A stretch of DNA of 62,828 nucleotides, filler included, from Rhabdomonas costata (GCA_019059605.1; 50 parts of 50 records of this genome joined end to end with filler, not necessarily neighbours in it); one strand, 5' to 3'. Shown: positions 23,813 to 36,763, numbered from the whole stretch's first letter. Numbers and translations: made by a program. The notes: generated by a model from the sequence alone, not told the origin.

Positions 23813-25180
23813 AAACAATCTNNNNNNNNNNNNNNNNNNNNNNNNNNNNNNNNNNNNNNNNNNNNTTAATTAATTAANNNNNNNNNNNNNNNNNNNNNNN
23901 NNNNNNNNNNNNNNNNNNNNNTAGGGGGTGGGTGGTGGTGAAGAGCAGAAAACTCGGAGGGCGCGCAGGAAAGGGGTTGGTTAATTGTCTTTTCGGTATC
24001 CATAACCCCCATTTTGTGGAGGCTGTAAACCCCCTTCATGAGACCCAAACCTGGTTGATAGGAAATCCTTGGGGTTGCAGCCATACCACTCGAGACATCA
24101 CTAGCAAAATTAATCTGAATGCAGTAGGGTTAGGGTTGGGACTAAAACGCATGAGCCATCCGCGGTGCTCTTCCACCGCTTTCAAGAAGCACCACCTGCC
24201 GGACCGCCTTTTTCGGGTTGGCTTGGTAGAGATGTCTGGGGTACCGCCACTGTTCTGGCAGCGAACCCGGGAAAGCACCGAAACTGGTTTGCCGTCCAAA
24301 GTCGTGCTGCTCGTCGCGCGACTTCCACACACGCAAGCGCGCGCGAAGACAAGAAAACCAAAGGGGACTTCTTCAGCGAAACAAACCTGAATATGACAGA
24401 AACAGAGAAGAGCGTCACGCGCAGTCGGTTTCTGTCCCCGGTCCACACACAAGAACTATACAAAATCAAAATAAAGTCACCACTTTCCCCCGCCCGACAT
24501 CCTCACTGAAACCAACTCACGCGTCCACCGCCTCAAGGCGGGAACTTTTCACAGTGCCTCATCACAACTGCCTCACAGCTCTGCCCGCTGGACTGGAGGG
24601 TCCGCGTACCGCGCCAGCTTGGAAGCCAGACCAGCCAGCAGTCTACGCAGTAGCGCAGGCGCACGTTGATCCTGCCAACCGGCCAGGTTCTCAGGTCGCC
24701 GCTCTCGCGCCCAGGTGGCCTTCACCGCGGCCTCGCTCGTCCAGTCCAATGCGACTCTGCCTGCCCGCTCAAACTCAACGGGCATCAGCAGCAATCCCTC
24801 CAAGGAGCAATCAGCTCCTCGACCAGCTCCTTAACACCGGCGCAAAGGAGTCCATCCAGGGTTCAAGAGTCCGCAGCGTCGGCTCCAAGACAGCCGCTGC
24901 AGCCTCCTGAGCTCGCTCCTCTCGAAAGCCCGCGCGCCGCTAGAACCGCGCCGCCCTATCTTCGAACTGTTGGGCAATGCGCTGCACCGAGAGATACCTG
25001 CGACACTGCAGCGACGCAGCACCAGCCACCCAGCCGACTGCTGCACGCCAGCCGTTGCCCGTTTCGGCAGAACACACACCNNNNNNNNNNNNNNNNNNNN
25101 NNNNNNNNNNNNNNNNNNNNNNNNTTAATTAATTAANNNNNNNNNNNNNNNNNNNNNNNNNNNNNNNNNNNNNNNNNNNN

Positions 25181-26301
25181 GTTTTGTGGGTGGCAACGGC
25201 TGGCAGCAGATCAGTGCGATCATCTGAATGGTCTTCCCGAGCCCCTGCGGCAGGGAAAAGGACGGAGAGGTATTTCCTTCGGGTCCTGTTCGGGAACTGG
25301 TGCAGCCCTTGCGAGAAGCTCTTTGACAGGTTGGATCGTAGGAGAGCGCAAACTATATATATGACCATCCCCGAGGTCGTAATGGCCGAAAACGTGGCGT
25401 ACAGGCCTTTGCGGCCTTGCCCAATCTTATCCTTCTCGTCACCATCCCATTTGCACTCAAAACCGAACTGAGACAATTGCGTTACTACCACTACAAAGAG
25501 GGTGAAGGGGTGTCAGAGGTCAGAGAGGTCAGAGGAGGACGGAAGGTTTGAGACAAAGGCAGACCATATCGTCGGCCAGAATCCCGCCTCTGGCCATCAT
25601 TGGCAGCTCCCGTACGGTGGTATTGGTCAGGGTGTTGATGAAGTGCACTTCTCCGCCTGCAAGGACGTGCGCATAATACCCATACATGGGATCGGCATGA
25701 ACACAAAAAAGGTAACCTAAAAATAAAAGATCTCGACGCAACTCTGCCTGTGTGCATTCCTCCCTCCACAAGCAGATCTAGGCCGCGTTGGGCTGCCTTC
25801 TTTAGTTACCTCGATTGGAGACATGAGTGTACAAGACCGAATAACTGCTTCGGTGAGTGGGCAGACATGTTCTCTCACTTTTTCTAGGAGTATTTTTTCA
25901 TCAACCTGCACCCACTAAACACAAACGTGAGAGTTCAACAGAAGAAGACTAGAATTGAACAAAAAACGGTGAAGTGAGTAGTGCCGGAAATTCAAACCTG
26001 AGTAAACCCGAGTTTGACCTCACCAGAACTGCGATGTCTTTTGCTCTTACTTGCAGCTCCAGGAGGACCTACATTACATTACATTGCGCATATGCCACAA
26101 TCTGGCCAAAGGTAAGGGACGAGTTCTGTGAAGCATCGCAAGGCACAAGGGAAAGGCTGGCAGCGGTGCACACACACGCGCATTCATACCCCCCGCGGCC
26201 TTCTTCTCCCAGAAGAAGCCGCCGTCCTCGAAGACGCTCCGGGGGGCTTCCTTTGTGAGCATCCATGCCAGGCCCTGGCGCTGGAACGGCAGCAGGTTCC
26301 C
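25181..26301 (-). CDS. SNF2-family ATPase, RAD5/HLTF-like, three exons (26301-26190, 25656-25565, 25244-25181), partial
   Basis: GNLLPFQRQGLAWMLTKE...FFWEKK / GEVHFINTLTN...ARGGILADDM / GLGKTIQMIALI. Two GT-AG introns are phase-consistent and reconstitute the Walker A region GGILADDMGLGKT. Confidence 0.92.
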
Positions 26302-26456
26302 CTTGCAGACCACACCCACGCCCGTCCATACCAACCACCNNNNNNNNNNNNNNNNNNNNNNNNNNNNNNNNNNNNNNNNNNNNTTAATTAATTAANNNNN
26401 NNNNNNNNNNNNNNNNNNNNNNNNNNNNNNNNNNNNNNNCAAGAGAAGAAGAAAAC

Positions 26457-26688
26457 GAGAGAGAGAGAGAGAGAGAGGAAAGAGAAGACAGTGGCAACGG
26501 GTAGTCCCCAACAGCTGACATTACACACGAATCGGGAGGTTCTTCTTCGCACTGATTAACTATACACTTGAATCACTTTGCGGGCATTGCCCATCTTCGC
26601 AGTCTTGACGTTCGGGAGGGTGCCAAGACAGTAGGCAGGGCAGTAATCATGAGGGGGGACGGCATCCCGAGAGAGAGAGAGAGAGAGA
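26457..26688. repeat. Two (GA)n microsatellites (about 26457-26477 and 26669-26688)
   Basis: Visible gagagaga runs. Confidence 0.85.
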
Positions 26689-27702
26689 ATCAAGTGAAGG
26701 AGTGAGAGAAAACAAGAGAACTAGGAAGATGGAGATCATGGAGGCGGCCATGCAGCCTCGGATTATACAGGGGGTGAACGAGACTCAGGTTTGTCTTCGT
26801 CAGAGATTCAAGCTGGAGGCGCTGACTCAATCACAAAAAAAAAATGAAGGAGCGCAGTTGCGCTTTACAGGGACTTTGAGGTTGCTAGGGGGTTGACAGA
26901 GCGGCGATGCAGCTGCAGCTGGACGCTCAGCGTGCCAAATCCAAAGTCGATGACGTGCACCACAGGAACGTTCACCGGCAGCGCCGCGAGATCGATGGAC
27001 TAATTTTTTTTGAAGAAAAGCATACAGCAAAATGCACTTCGCTGGTCACCCAAAAATCCGTGGTCTTGATCGTCTCTCCCCATGTACAACGACATCGCAA
27101 CAGGAGCCATCTGTTTTGGAGAAGTTCTGGTTCACGAAACTGGGAAAGTACACATATGAGAGCGGCTTCTTATTATTCCCGCAAGTATTGCTCTTCATCA
27201 TTCTTCTGTAAATCCTCATTCTGTAAATTCTAAAACAGAACTTCCTCTCACCTAACCTTCGACTATCCCCGCAATTGCTCCGTAAAGCAATGCTCTAGTC
27301 AGACTGCTAATGCTCATGCTGCAACCACTACTTTGGGGAAAAATGATAAGAGCACAAATAGCACGAATAGCACACAAAATAGATATAGTCGCTACGCATG
27401 TTTCCCACCGGTAGAACGACCAGACCTGCGAGAGATTTATGCGGTCTAACCCGTCTCATAGCAATTTCCCCGTAAACACCGACACAAAGCAAACCACACC
27501 CACCCACACACTCTCTTACACAAAGCACCCCCCCCCTCCAGCGCACGAACGCATCGTAAAAAGTAAAAGAAAAAAACAAGAAAAAACAAGAAAACAACCA
27601 CANNNNNNNNNNNNNNNNNNNNNNNNNNNNNNNNNNNNNNNNNNNNTTAATTAATTAANNNNNNNNNNNNNNNNNNNNNNNNNNNNNNNNNNNNNNNNNN
27701 NN

Positions 27703-27993
27703 TCCCGTGGCAGGAAGGTTGATCTTGTTTGGGCCTGCTCGGTTGGGGCCTGCGGACTGGGAATCAACCCTGAGCGAGTGTGCAAGTGAGTGACAATGCG
27801 ACAGGTGTTTTGTGGGTCCTCTGTACAAAGGAAGAGGGCTGTGCCAACTTTGGTAATTGATGAGAGGAAGAGGCGAGAGAACGAGACACCTTCTCTTGAT
27901 TTCCCCAGACATGGTCATGAATGCCTGTTCAACGTTTGTGGCATTCTTGGCGGAGGTCTCCAGGAAGGGAATACCCAGAGAGTCGGCAAAGTC
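27703..27993 (-). CDS. RAB1: Rab1/Ypt1 GTPase, 3' exons (27993-27890, 27769-27703), partial
   Basis: [44 protein letters not shown]... ETSAK is the G5 motif and the surrounding sequence is Rab1-typical. The 120-bp GT-AG intron is phase 2. Confidence 0.92.
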
Positions 27994-29021
27994 CTGAGGA
28001 CAACGGAACATTACCGTGGAAATTCTGGTCCCAGAAAGCGGCGGAGTACGCAGGAGCAGGGTAAAGCGCAAGGTGCGCGGTCAAGCGATGTTGTAAAGGA
28101 GAAGGCGGCGTCAATATTACTACGGTTTTGAAATAAATTGTTGTTTACTATTTTAAAAATAATCCATTGCGATACAAACGAAGAACAGCAAGGCATGCCC
28201 GCACAACCCGCAAGCCTTGACACTCAATTGTATGGGTTATTAGATGAGCGATGTGAAGTCCGGCGTTCCAAAGCCGCAATTTTGGGCTGAGTGGATGACA
28301 AAAGATTTTAAATGAAAATCTTAAGTTAATAAATAATCTTATCGGATTTGATAATAGTTCACCAAATAAATAATTGGCAAATAATTGCAGGCGGCGCTTG
28401 GGCTCCACCTTTCGCGGGTGAGGAGGCGGTGCTGTCCCCGGCGCTTATCAGTAATGTGTGAGTAATGGTCCGTGCGTGCATCTGCCAGTTTCACCTGGCA
28501 CTAGAGGAGACCGTCTTCGGCGGCTTTCCAGTCCCCCTCCCGCCCCCAGTTTTTGCGCTGCGGGAGCAGGTAGAGACCGTCCTCGACGGGTTCCCTTCTT
28601 AAAAGCAGACTGGTGGGAGGCTTGCGCTCTGCGGGCTACTTTTTCACTCTCTCTCACCCTTTCACCCTTTCACCCTCTCACCCTTTAGCTCAGCACTGGC
28701 CACAACAAAAGATGAAAGCGACCCGGAGGGAGACGCCACCCCTATGATGGGTTCGCATGGATTCACAATTAACACGCATGAGTGATTTAGTTATAAAAGA
28801 AGAACAATCCGTAAACAACTGAAAAATAATGTCTGAAGAACTTGAAAACATCCCCCCCACCNNNNNNNNNNNNNNNNNNNNNNNNNNNNNNNNNNNNNNN
28901 NNNNNTTAATTAATTAANNNNNNNNNNNNNNNNNNNNNNNNNNNNNNNNNNNNNNNNNNNNGACTTGATGAGATGGGATGGACGTTGGACGTGTATCCTT
29001 GACTTGCGTGCAGCGCCCGTT

Positions 29022-29070
29022 TGTGTGTCTGTCTGTCTGTCTGTTTGTCTGTTTGTCTGTGTCTGTCTGT
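29022..29070. repeat. (TGTC)n-type imperfect microsatellite
   Basis: tgtgtgtctgtctgtctgtctgtttgtctgtttgtctgtgtctgtctgt. Confidence 0.85.
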
Positions 29071-29608
29071 TGCATGACGAAGAATGCAGTGCGGTTATGG
29101 TTTCATAGCTCTGGTTTCGGGTTTTTCTTCATCGGATCATGTGGAAAACCGCCTCATTCGCTGATCCACTTCGGAAGCCTGTGGCGATAATGTCTCATCG
29201 CCCGTCTGTTTCTTCTGTGGGTGGGCTGCTGCGAACGTAATGATGGTTCTGACCTTATGAAAGCTGCGTGCAGTCTCGTGTCCCGGAAACCCAAAAGGCC
29301 GCCCTCAAGTCCAGCTCAGACTTTTTCTACTCCAGGCGTCTCATTTGGGCATTCGGACCGAAAATAGGGCTGATTTCACGACCCCATTGATGGGAATTGA
29401 TGTGCTGGGGATGCAATGTCTTCTGGGGATCGTTCCGTGGGATCTTTGGGCAAAGTCTTTTTAACGGAGGGGCAGGAGATTGTTATCAACGATAGTAAGA
29501 TCGTGAACGTGTGAGTCGGTTTAGACAGTTTCTTTCAATGTTTATTTGATAAAATAAAACCGAATTCGGGGTGTTTGTTTTTACCTTACTGGAACTCGTT
29601 CCATCCAG

Positions 29609-30120
29609 ATGCTTGCTTCTTCGATGTCTTTCTCTCTGGAAGTTTCCCGTACAAGCAGAGTCAAGCCTAAGCAGCCCAGTAGTCTGGGTAGGCTGGAGTT
29701 GTCCTCCATCGACCGGGCCATGCCCTCTTGCTATGTGCCTCTTCTTCTCTTTTACCAAACCCCACTTGACCCTGAGGTCCTAGTGGACTCCCTTGCACGG
29801 GTGCTAACTCTCTTGCCTCCTCTGGCGGGGACTATTGTCGACTCAGGCCGCTTCGTTGAGTGTGGGGACTCAGGCCTGGAACTCAGCCTGGCGTCCTCCA
29901 CTGCCTCCCTCATGGATTTTGGCACCGATTTTGACCTCTTCAGCCACGACGCTTTTTCACAGGAGCTCGTTCCTGCGCCGCACGCCCAGGCGGCAGTGTA
30001 TGATGGCTCTGCTCCCGCAGCTTACGCCAGACTCACCACTTTGGCAGGAAAGTCAGGAAGTGTTTTGGGAGTAAGTGTTCACCATGCCCTGGTCGACGGT
30101 CGGGGACTTTTCCACCAAAA
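29609..30120 (+). CDS. BAHD/transferase-family CoA-dependent acyltransferase, N-terminal half, partial
   Basis: LSSIDRAM...LLLFY...LVDSLARVLTLLPPLAGTI...VECGDSG...ARLTTL...GSVLGVSVHHALVDGRG. Shows the HxxxDG catalytic motif plus the LSxLD and LxxSLxxxLxxxPxLAGR elements. The true start is uncertain and the ORF runs off the contig. Confidence 0.85.
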
Positions 30121-32182
30121 NNNNNNNNNNNNNNNNNNNNNNNNNNNNNNNNNNNNNNNNNNNNTTAATTAATTAANNNNNNNNNNNNNNNNNNNNNNNN
30201 NNNNNNNNNNNNNNNNNNNNAGGGGTTGTGACGCAGAACAGCTGGTGGCCATCTGCGAGCCGCACGGGCGTTGCATCTGCGCCGCCTGACGGACATCCAA
30301 TGTCAAGCCCTCCATCCAGCTGTTCTGCGTCACCACCACTCACCGGGCTCCCACCGCATGGCAGACTTCTGCGACCAGCACCTCCGGCGCAGACGCCTTG
30401 TAGCTATATTCTGATGTCCTTTGGTTTCATTAGGTTTTTGTTGTGGCAAGTGTGAGCTTGAAGACAAAGCTTCTGACGTAGAACTGCTTAGTGTGGTCAA
30501 ATAACACCCCTCAAGGACTTACCACACAATTAGCGTCAAGGATTGTGGAAGATTTGCACTCAGCATCATGGATGTACCACACTGTATTAAACAGCCTATA
30601 CATTATACTACCGTAAGTGGAAAAAGAGAAGTACGGTAAATTAGAAAATGGCAAAATTAATGAATGTCGAACATGTCTTTTCAAAATGACAAACGTTCAA
30701 ACAGTTTTCTGCTACCATAGGCAACGGTCACTGCTACCCAATACCCAGCACGATTTTGCCAAGTGGAACAGGAGCTTCCTCCATTTTGCTTCTTGGCAAA
30801 CAACGCCTTGCATTAAAAAGGTGGAAAACAACACGCACAGGTTCAAATCGCGTCTGGAGTATATTGCAACGCTTTTTTTGCTGGTGAACTACTTACCGCT
30901 GTAGATGATAAATTATTGGGTTGCAGAAAGAGAGATCACACAAATTTCAACACACGCATACCAAAACCTAATTGGAAATCTGAAGCCACAAAATAAAGTA
31001 CGTTACACTGTAAAGTCAGAACTCCACTAAAAGCTGACACTGGATTCAAACCCGAACTGTAGACACCCCACTCCTCACGTATCATTCCACAGAGCTTCAC
31101 AATTTGCTTCAAAATTCATCACAAACGCATAGTCAACCTCCAAAAAGCATCGCCTTCGGCGCATTATTCAATTAGCAGCTCGCTCCCCAGAAAACATTTC
31201 GTGTTCACCACATGCCACGTTCCAGGACAGCGGCATGTATACAGGCTAAAAAGACTTCGAATGGAAACCCGTCACATACCATTTTCTAAGTTTCCGGGTG
31301 TTACTTACCTTACCAAGTTTCCATTGGATTCCTTTCTGCCCCACTTTTGATTTAAAACAAGATGAAAAACAACCCAACCNNNNNNNNNNNNNNNNNNNNN
31401 NNNNNNNNNNNNNNNNNNNNNNNTTAATTAATTAANNNNNNNNNNNNNNNNNNNNNNNNNNNNNNNNNNNNNNNNNNNNGTTTTTTTGGCGGCAAGATGA
31501 CGGCGCCACCGCAGTTCAATTAAGGGTGCATGAGTGAATGAATCTCCAATCAATCGATCAGATGTTACAGCTGAACCACTTATTTGTACTGTTTCTTAAT
31601 TTATCCTTTCGGTAATCGGTCAGTTAACCTTGTGCCCATGCCCCCTTTGCAGGTCGAAGCGCCTGTTTACTACTCTGCAATGTTGCTATTCTCTGTTGGA
31701 CAATTCTCAACAATGTTTCCGAAGGGTGTTTAAATTCGATTATATCGAAAAAAGCCTTTCACTCCGAGTTTTGACGTTGCGAGGGGAAATAGAGACCGCC
31801 TTGCACGGTTTTATTCGGGGTGCCGTTGGGTTTGTTCATTTTGTTTGTTGCTTGCGGTTTCCGTTGGTAATAGCGTGTCTCAAAGAAAGGTTGTTCTGAG
31901 TAAGTGGCTGGGCCATTATTTTTCTTCATAAAAAATCTAGAGTTGATCCATTTAGAACACCTTCACGGTACTCTCAGGCGGGCCGTTCTATCCCAAACAA
32001 AACATAAAAACACAAAAAACCTACAGGCAATTACAGGAAAGCGGATAGGAAGATGTATTTCAGGGGCAGCACGCGTTTGGACCCAGGACAGAGGCTAAAG
32101 TCATGGAGTTTTGTTCGACCACACACTTGATGTTCAAAACAACAATAATGCAGTCGCTAGATTGGAAGGGCATTGGACAAAC

Positions 32183-32226
32183 CTTGCCCTTGTTGCAGTG
32201 AATCAGGATGGGGTGGTTGCGAACAT
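32183..32226 (-). CDS. Siw14/PFA-DSP atypical dual-specificity (inositol pyrophosphate) phosphatase micro-exon (44 nt)
   Basis: tgcgacag|AT GTT CGC AAC CAC CCC ATC CTG ATT CAC TGC AAC AAG GGC AAG|gtttgt = (D)VRNHPILIHCNKGK, the first part of the NHPxLIHCxxGKHRTG P-loop. Confidence 0.8.
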
Positions 32227-33023
32227 CTGTCGCACAAAAAGGAATGACTCAGGAGTGGGTGCACAAAAATCAATAGTCAGCATCTTATGGCGTCAGTCTT
32301 GTTGAGCACATGCCATCCGAACCAAACGAACTAAAACAGACCTTGAAAGGAGCAAAACACTGTCTTTTCTTATACTGAGTAGCTTGCTAACTTGTATGAA
32401 ACCCCAAAACATTTGCTCACCTGAATAGCGCTGTCACCTCTTGAAGCCAAAATTTAACGCCAGGCTAGTTTGACAGCTGTGGGAGACCCACAAACCACCT
32501 CCGGAAGGAAACTGCAACTTCGGATTAAAAACGCGCTGCAAAATTGTTTATTTTATTGGATTCATTGGATTGAAAAGCAAAAGCAATTTGCTTATTTTCC
32601 AAGCAGGGAAACGTTGAAATGTTAAATGTTAAAGCTGANNNNNNNNNNNNNNNNNNNNNNNNNNNNNNNNNNNNNNNNNNNNTTAATTAATTAANNNNNN
32701 NNNNNNNNNNNNNNNNNNNNNNNNNNNNNNNNNNNNNNCGTTTGCGTTAATCTGTTCCCCTACCCATATGGATAGTGATATTTATCCAGCGACCAAGATT
32801 CCAAGATCCCGCAACGAAGCCCAGGGGAACTTCCCTACCACGCACCCCGGGGTGAAATCAGCTATACGCTCCCCTCCCCCTCGATCGAATATGGGTGAAT
32901 ATTGTGTCATCAACGGAGGGCATACTCACCATTAAGAGCTGGCCATCAAACTTAGAGATTATTTTGGGGAAGGCGCACCCGCGACCGAAAGCCGCGTAAG
33001 CACCTCGATGAATTGAACCGGCG

Positions 33024-33152
33024 AGCATTTGCTATCGCCGACGCTCCGATGACAGCATTTTCTATCGGCGGTCCAACAGAAAATGCTATCGAACCCTGAC
33101 CGGATGGTCCAGCTCGGTATCATTTGCTATTGGACCAACGATAGCAAATGCT
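33024..33152. repeat. Nested direct and inverted copies of a ~14-bp motif (AGCATTTGCTATCG)
   Basis: Forward-like copies at 33024, 33054 and about 33119; reverse copies at about 33078 and 33139. The region is contig-internal and the copies are imperfect. Confidence 0.75.
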
Positions 33153-34052
33153 ACCGTGGGGACTTTGGCTCTTCGGAAAGATAGGTTAGCAAGAGGTTTT
33201 TGGAGTGATGGTGGGATGATGGTGGGAAAGATGGAGTCTAATCCTGGTTGACTGCCTGAGAGTCCAACGTCTAAAAGCTTCAACTGGCCTTTTTCGGAAG
33301 ACCCCCATCTAAACGGAAGTAATATTTAAACAAACGCACCGAAGTTGCCATGAACGAAGTTCCCTGAGTGAAGGTGCTCCAGCCCTTTCTGAAATAAGAA
33401 GTACAACAAACAGGGTCGCAACATAAAATGAGTATGGAAATGGAAGGGTTCCTGTATGTCAAAGAAACAGAGTGGAGATCATAGCGAAAAAGGAGACACT
33501 GAAGAAAGCAGCATACGATGACGGAGTACAGTCCCCAAGAGGTGAACTCACGAAGAGTTGCCCTATCTTCGTCTGCAACAAAGTAAGAAACAAAAAACAC
33601 GCTGGGTGCAGAGGACAAGCAAAGGCTCTGTTCGAGAAGGTGGAAATTGCGACGAATAAAGTGAAGTTCGAAAAGATGACTATAAAAAAAGAGGAGCAAA
33701 AAACCCTACACACGACACGTCCAGCTAGAACCACCGAACTTGGTGAACCCTTTGAAGCGTTTCAACATAATGCTAATGTCCATCAAGTAGAACAGGTCAG
33801 GCTCCACGGAAAAAGATGGGGAGAGTCTCAGGCCTACTTCGGGCCAGCGAGAAAGAATCAGAGGACAAAACACGTGCACGCCAACCACAAAACAAACNNN
33901 NNNNNNNNNNNNNNNNNNNNNNNNNNNNNNNNNNNNNNNNNTTAATTAATTAANNNNNNNNNNNNNNNNNNNNNNNNNNNNNNNNNNNNNNNNNNNNGGC
34001 CTGAGTGGGTAGTTGCAAAATTTTGAGCTGTGGGGCGCGCTTTTTTGTTCAG

Positions 34053-35155
34053 GTTCAACTCAGCTTCGACATTCACGATGATGAGACCATTGTGAAGTCC
34101 AAGCTGTTTGTGGAGAGGGACCTGGCCACCCCTGCGGGCACCCCCCTTGGTTCACCGCAATCGTGCAATTTGCCGATTTCCCTAAATTGGGGGCTGCCGT
34201 CATGTCCGTTTGCCATCATGTCTTGTTGCTGGTCATCGTGGTTGTGGTTTCTGCGTGTCGGAGCAATCACGGTAGACAACCACAGCGGCGTACACATCGT
34301 CAACGGCGGCCAACCGAAGGTTCTTAGCGGGACTACTGTTGCAGTTACAGTTGCCACGCGAACTCACCAAAGACGAATTAGCATTCTACTTTCAGTAAGG
34401 TCCTACCCTTCCTACCCTTCACTTGCTACACCCCCCCTCCACCTCTTGCAGACTTGCACGGGGAGGATCTTCAGCTGAAGGAGATCCTTGTGGACGGCAC
34501 TGCACTGGCGGAGGGCCAGTACACCACCACCGCGGAGGGACTCTCCTTGCGGGCCGTGCCCACGGCCATCACGAGCTTTGTGGTGCAGGCCACTGTAGGA
34601 ATTCACCCCTTCGCGAACACCCGCCTGCAGGGGATGTACGGCAAGGGCTCCCTGATCCTTACCCAGTGCGAGGCCGAGAGCTTCCGCCGGATCACCTACA
34701 TGCTGGGTGTGCGTGGGGGATGGATGTGAGAGGATAAGCAACCTCAGAAAAATGTACAAATTAGACAACTGTCAAAGATACTGCGTTGCTTCTGAAGGAC
34801 GAGAAGCCGGTTGCCTGTTTATCTCAGCAGTCAACTTTGCTGCTGTTTGTCAATGAATCGAACCTTGGTCCATAAGAAAGAGAATTGTCTGCTCGTCTAG
34901 GATCATCAGCCGCCGGCCTTGCGACAACTGCGAGAGCATCCACGTGCACAGAGGAGATTGTTCCTTCATTTGGTTGCCTCCACCGGTTTGGATGCTCTTC
35001 AGACCGGCCGGACGTGATGGCGCGGTACACCTCGGTGCGCCTCGAGGCGGACAAGGCGAAGTTCCCCATCTTGCTCTCCAACGGCAACGAGGTGGCTCGC
35101 GAGGAGCTCTCCGGAGGCAGGCACGCGGTGACCTGGGCTGACCCCTTCCCAACAC
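34053..35155 (+). CDS. pepN: M1 aminopeptidase N (PepN-like), three exons (34053-34149, 34452-34706, 35003-35155), partial
   Basis: [16 protein letters not shown] / [12 protein letters not shown]...[12 protein letters not shown]...[15 protein letters not shown] / [10 protein letters not shown]...FPILLSNGN...[12 protein letters not shown]. Two phase-1 GT-AG introns. Confidence 0.95.
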
Positions 35156-36763
35156 NNNNNNNNNNNNNNNNNNNNNNNNNNNNNNNNNNNNNNNNNNNNT
35201 TAATTAATTAANNNNNNNNNNNNNNNNNNNNNNNNNNNNNNNNNNNNNNNNNNNNTTTTGTTGTTCGGAAGGCGTTTTCACGTTGTATGTCTGTGTGTTG
35301 GTTTTTGTTGATGGGTACCACTGTACCTGCGGGGGAGCAAACATCGGGAGAGGAGCATATGCCGGCTGTGGGGCCACGTTGGCGTCATGAAACGAACCGA
35401 AAGCAGTCTCGATGGATGGCACGCCAGCTCACTACAATTCGACCCAGATTGTGATGTTTGGCGTTCCGCTGATTTCATGCGAGGACAATTTCCATCTGAT
35501 GTCACGTCTTGCGTGCTCACATATTCGAGGCGTCCAGACGAAAACGATTCCACAGTATCTTCTGCGTGCCTCAAGTGGGTGCATGGCTACAGCAGCTTAT
35601 GGCCTGCGGTGGTGGGTGGGCTTTTTGGCATCCTCCTGTTAGGTATCCTGCTTTCCTCCGGAAGCCAAGAGAAGGGACCGTCTATTTTTTTGTGGTTGCA
35701 CTTGTCTTTGTGTGTCCTTCAGGGGCGCTCGTGTTTTTTCTTTTTTGCTTTTCTTTGGATTGTGCACTTTCGTATCCATGTGCATGGAGGCGCGTATGCT
35801 GTGAATGCCCGACAGGGATTCTCTTCTGGGCCTTGCTGCTTGCCTTTGCCTGCACTGAGGCACCACCACCCCTGCACTCGGCCCTGCCCCACTGAGTTAT
35901 GAGCTTCATGGACACCAAAGGTTGAAGTTTCCATCACCCCTCCCATCCCATCACCCCACCCCATAACCCTAACCCTACCCCCATTTACTTTACCTCCCAC
36001 GCCTCGCAACCACCCCCATTCCCAATTCCAGTCGTTTGCCTCAGGTCTTTTGACCATTTCTACCCCTTGCAGCTGTGTACCCAGCACGCGAAACAGTATG
36101 TCGACCTTCTCGCGAGGGATGCCATAATCCAAATGCGCTGGTATCAACATCGCCCATTTCTCAAGCCTGTGCTGATTCTTGTCCACATTTCCTCCACCCC
36201 TTTAGAACCAGAAAGGTTTCATTCCGAAACTCCAGCTCCAGGCGCACATGCCTGGGTCCCAGATGCACACACAAGCACGCACCCTTCCCCTTAACTCCTC
36301 ACACGCTATTGTTGGGAACGTTCCTTGCGTGTATGCCTTGTCTTCGCATATGTGTGACATGACTTTCTGGTGTCGCCGGCAGTTTTTTTTTGCGGCGGGG
36401 GGGGGGGGGTTTGGNNNNNNNNNNNNNNNNNNNNNNNNNNNNNNNNNNNNNNNNNNNNTTAATTAATTAANNNNNNNNNNNNNNNNNNNNNNNNNNNNNN
36501 NNNNNNNNNNNNNNTGTTTTTTGTCTTCTCTTCCAAGTGCGAGGAAACTTTCACAAGCGTTTCCACAAGCGTTTGGCTCTTTCTTTGGGGTATTCACCTG
36601 TAAATAGGAACAGGGTAGGACACAAGATCCGAAGCTGGAGACCCTTGCGCTGCCCTTCTGGAACCCCTCCACAGGGGTATGGCCCGCACTCAGCGAGCCG
36701 GTATGCCTGTGGAGCGGGCTGGGAGTGTTTTGTGTGGCCTGCTGGGCAGGCGGGGTGTGGGGG

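Noticed and set aside
31030..31100. B-box-like GGGTTTGAATCC on the minus strand (tRNA or SINE)
   Set aside because: No convincing cloverleaf, acceptor stem or A-box could be built.
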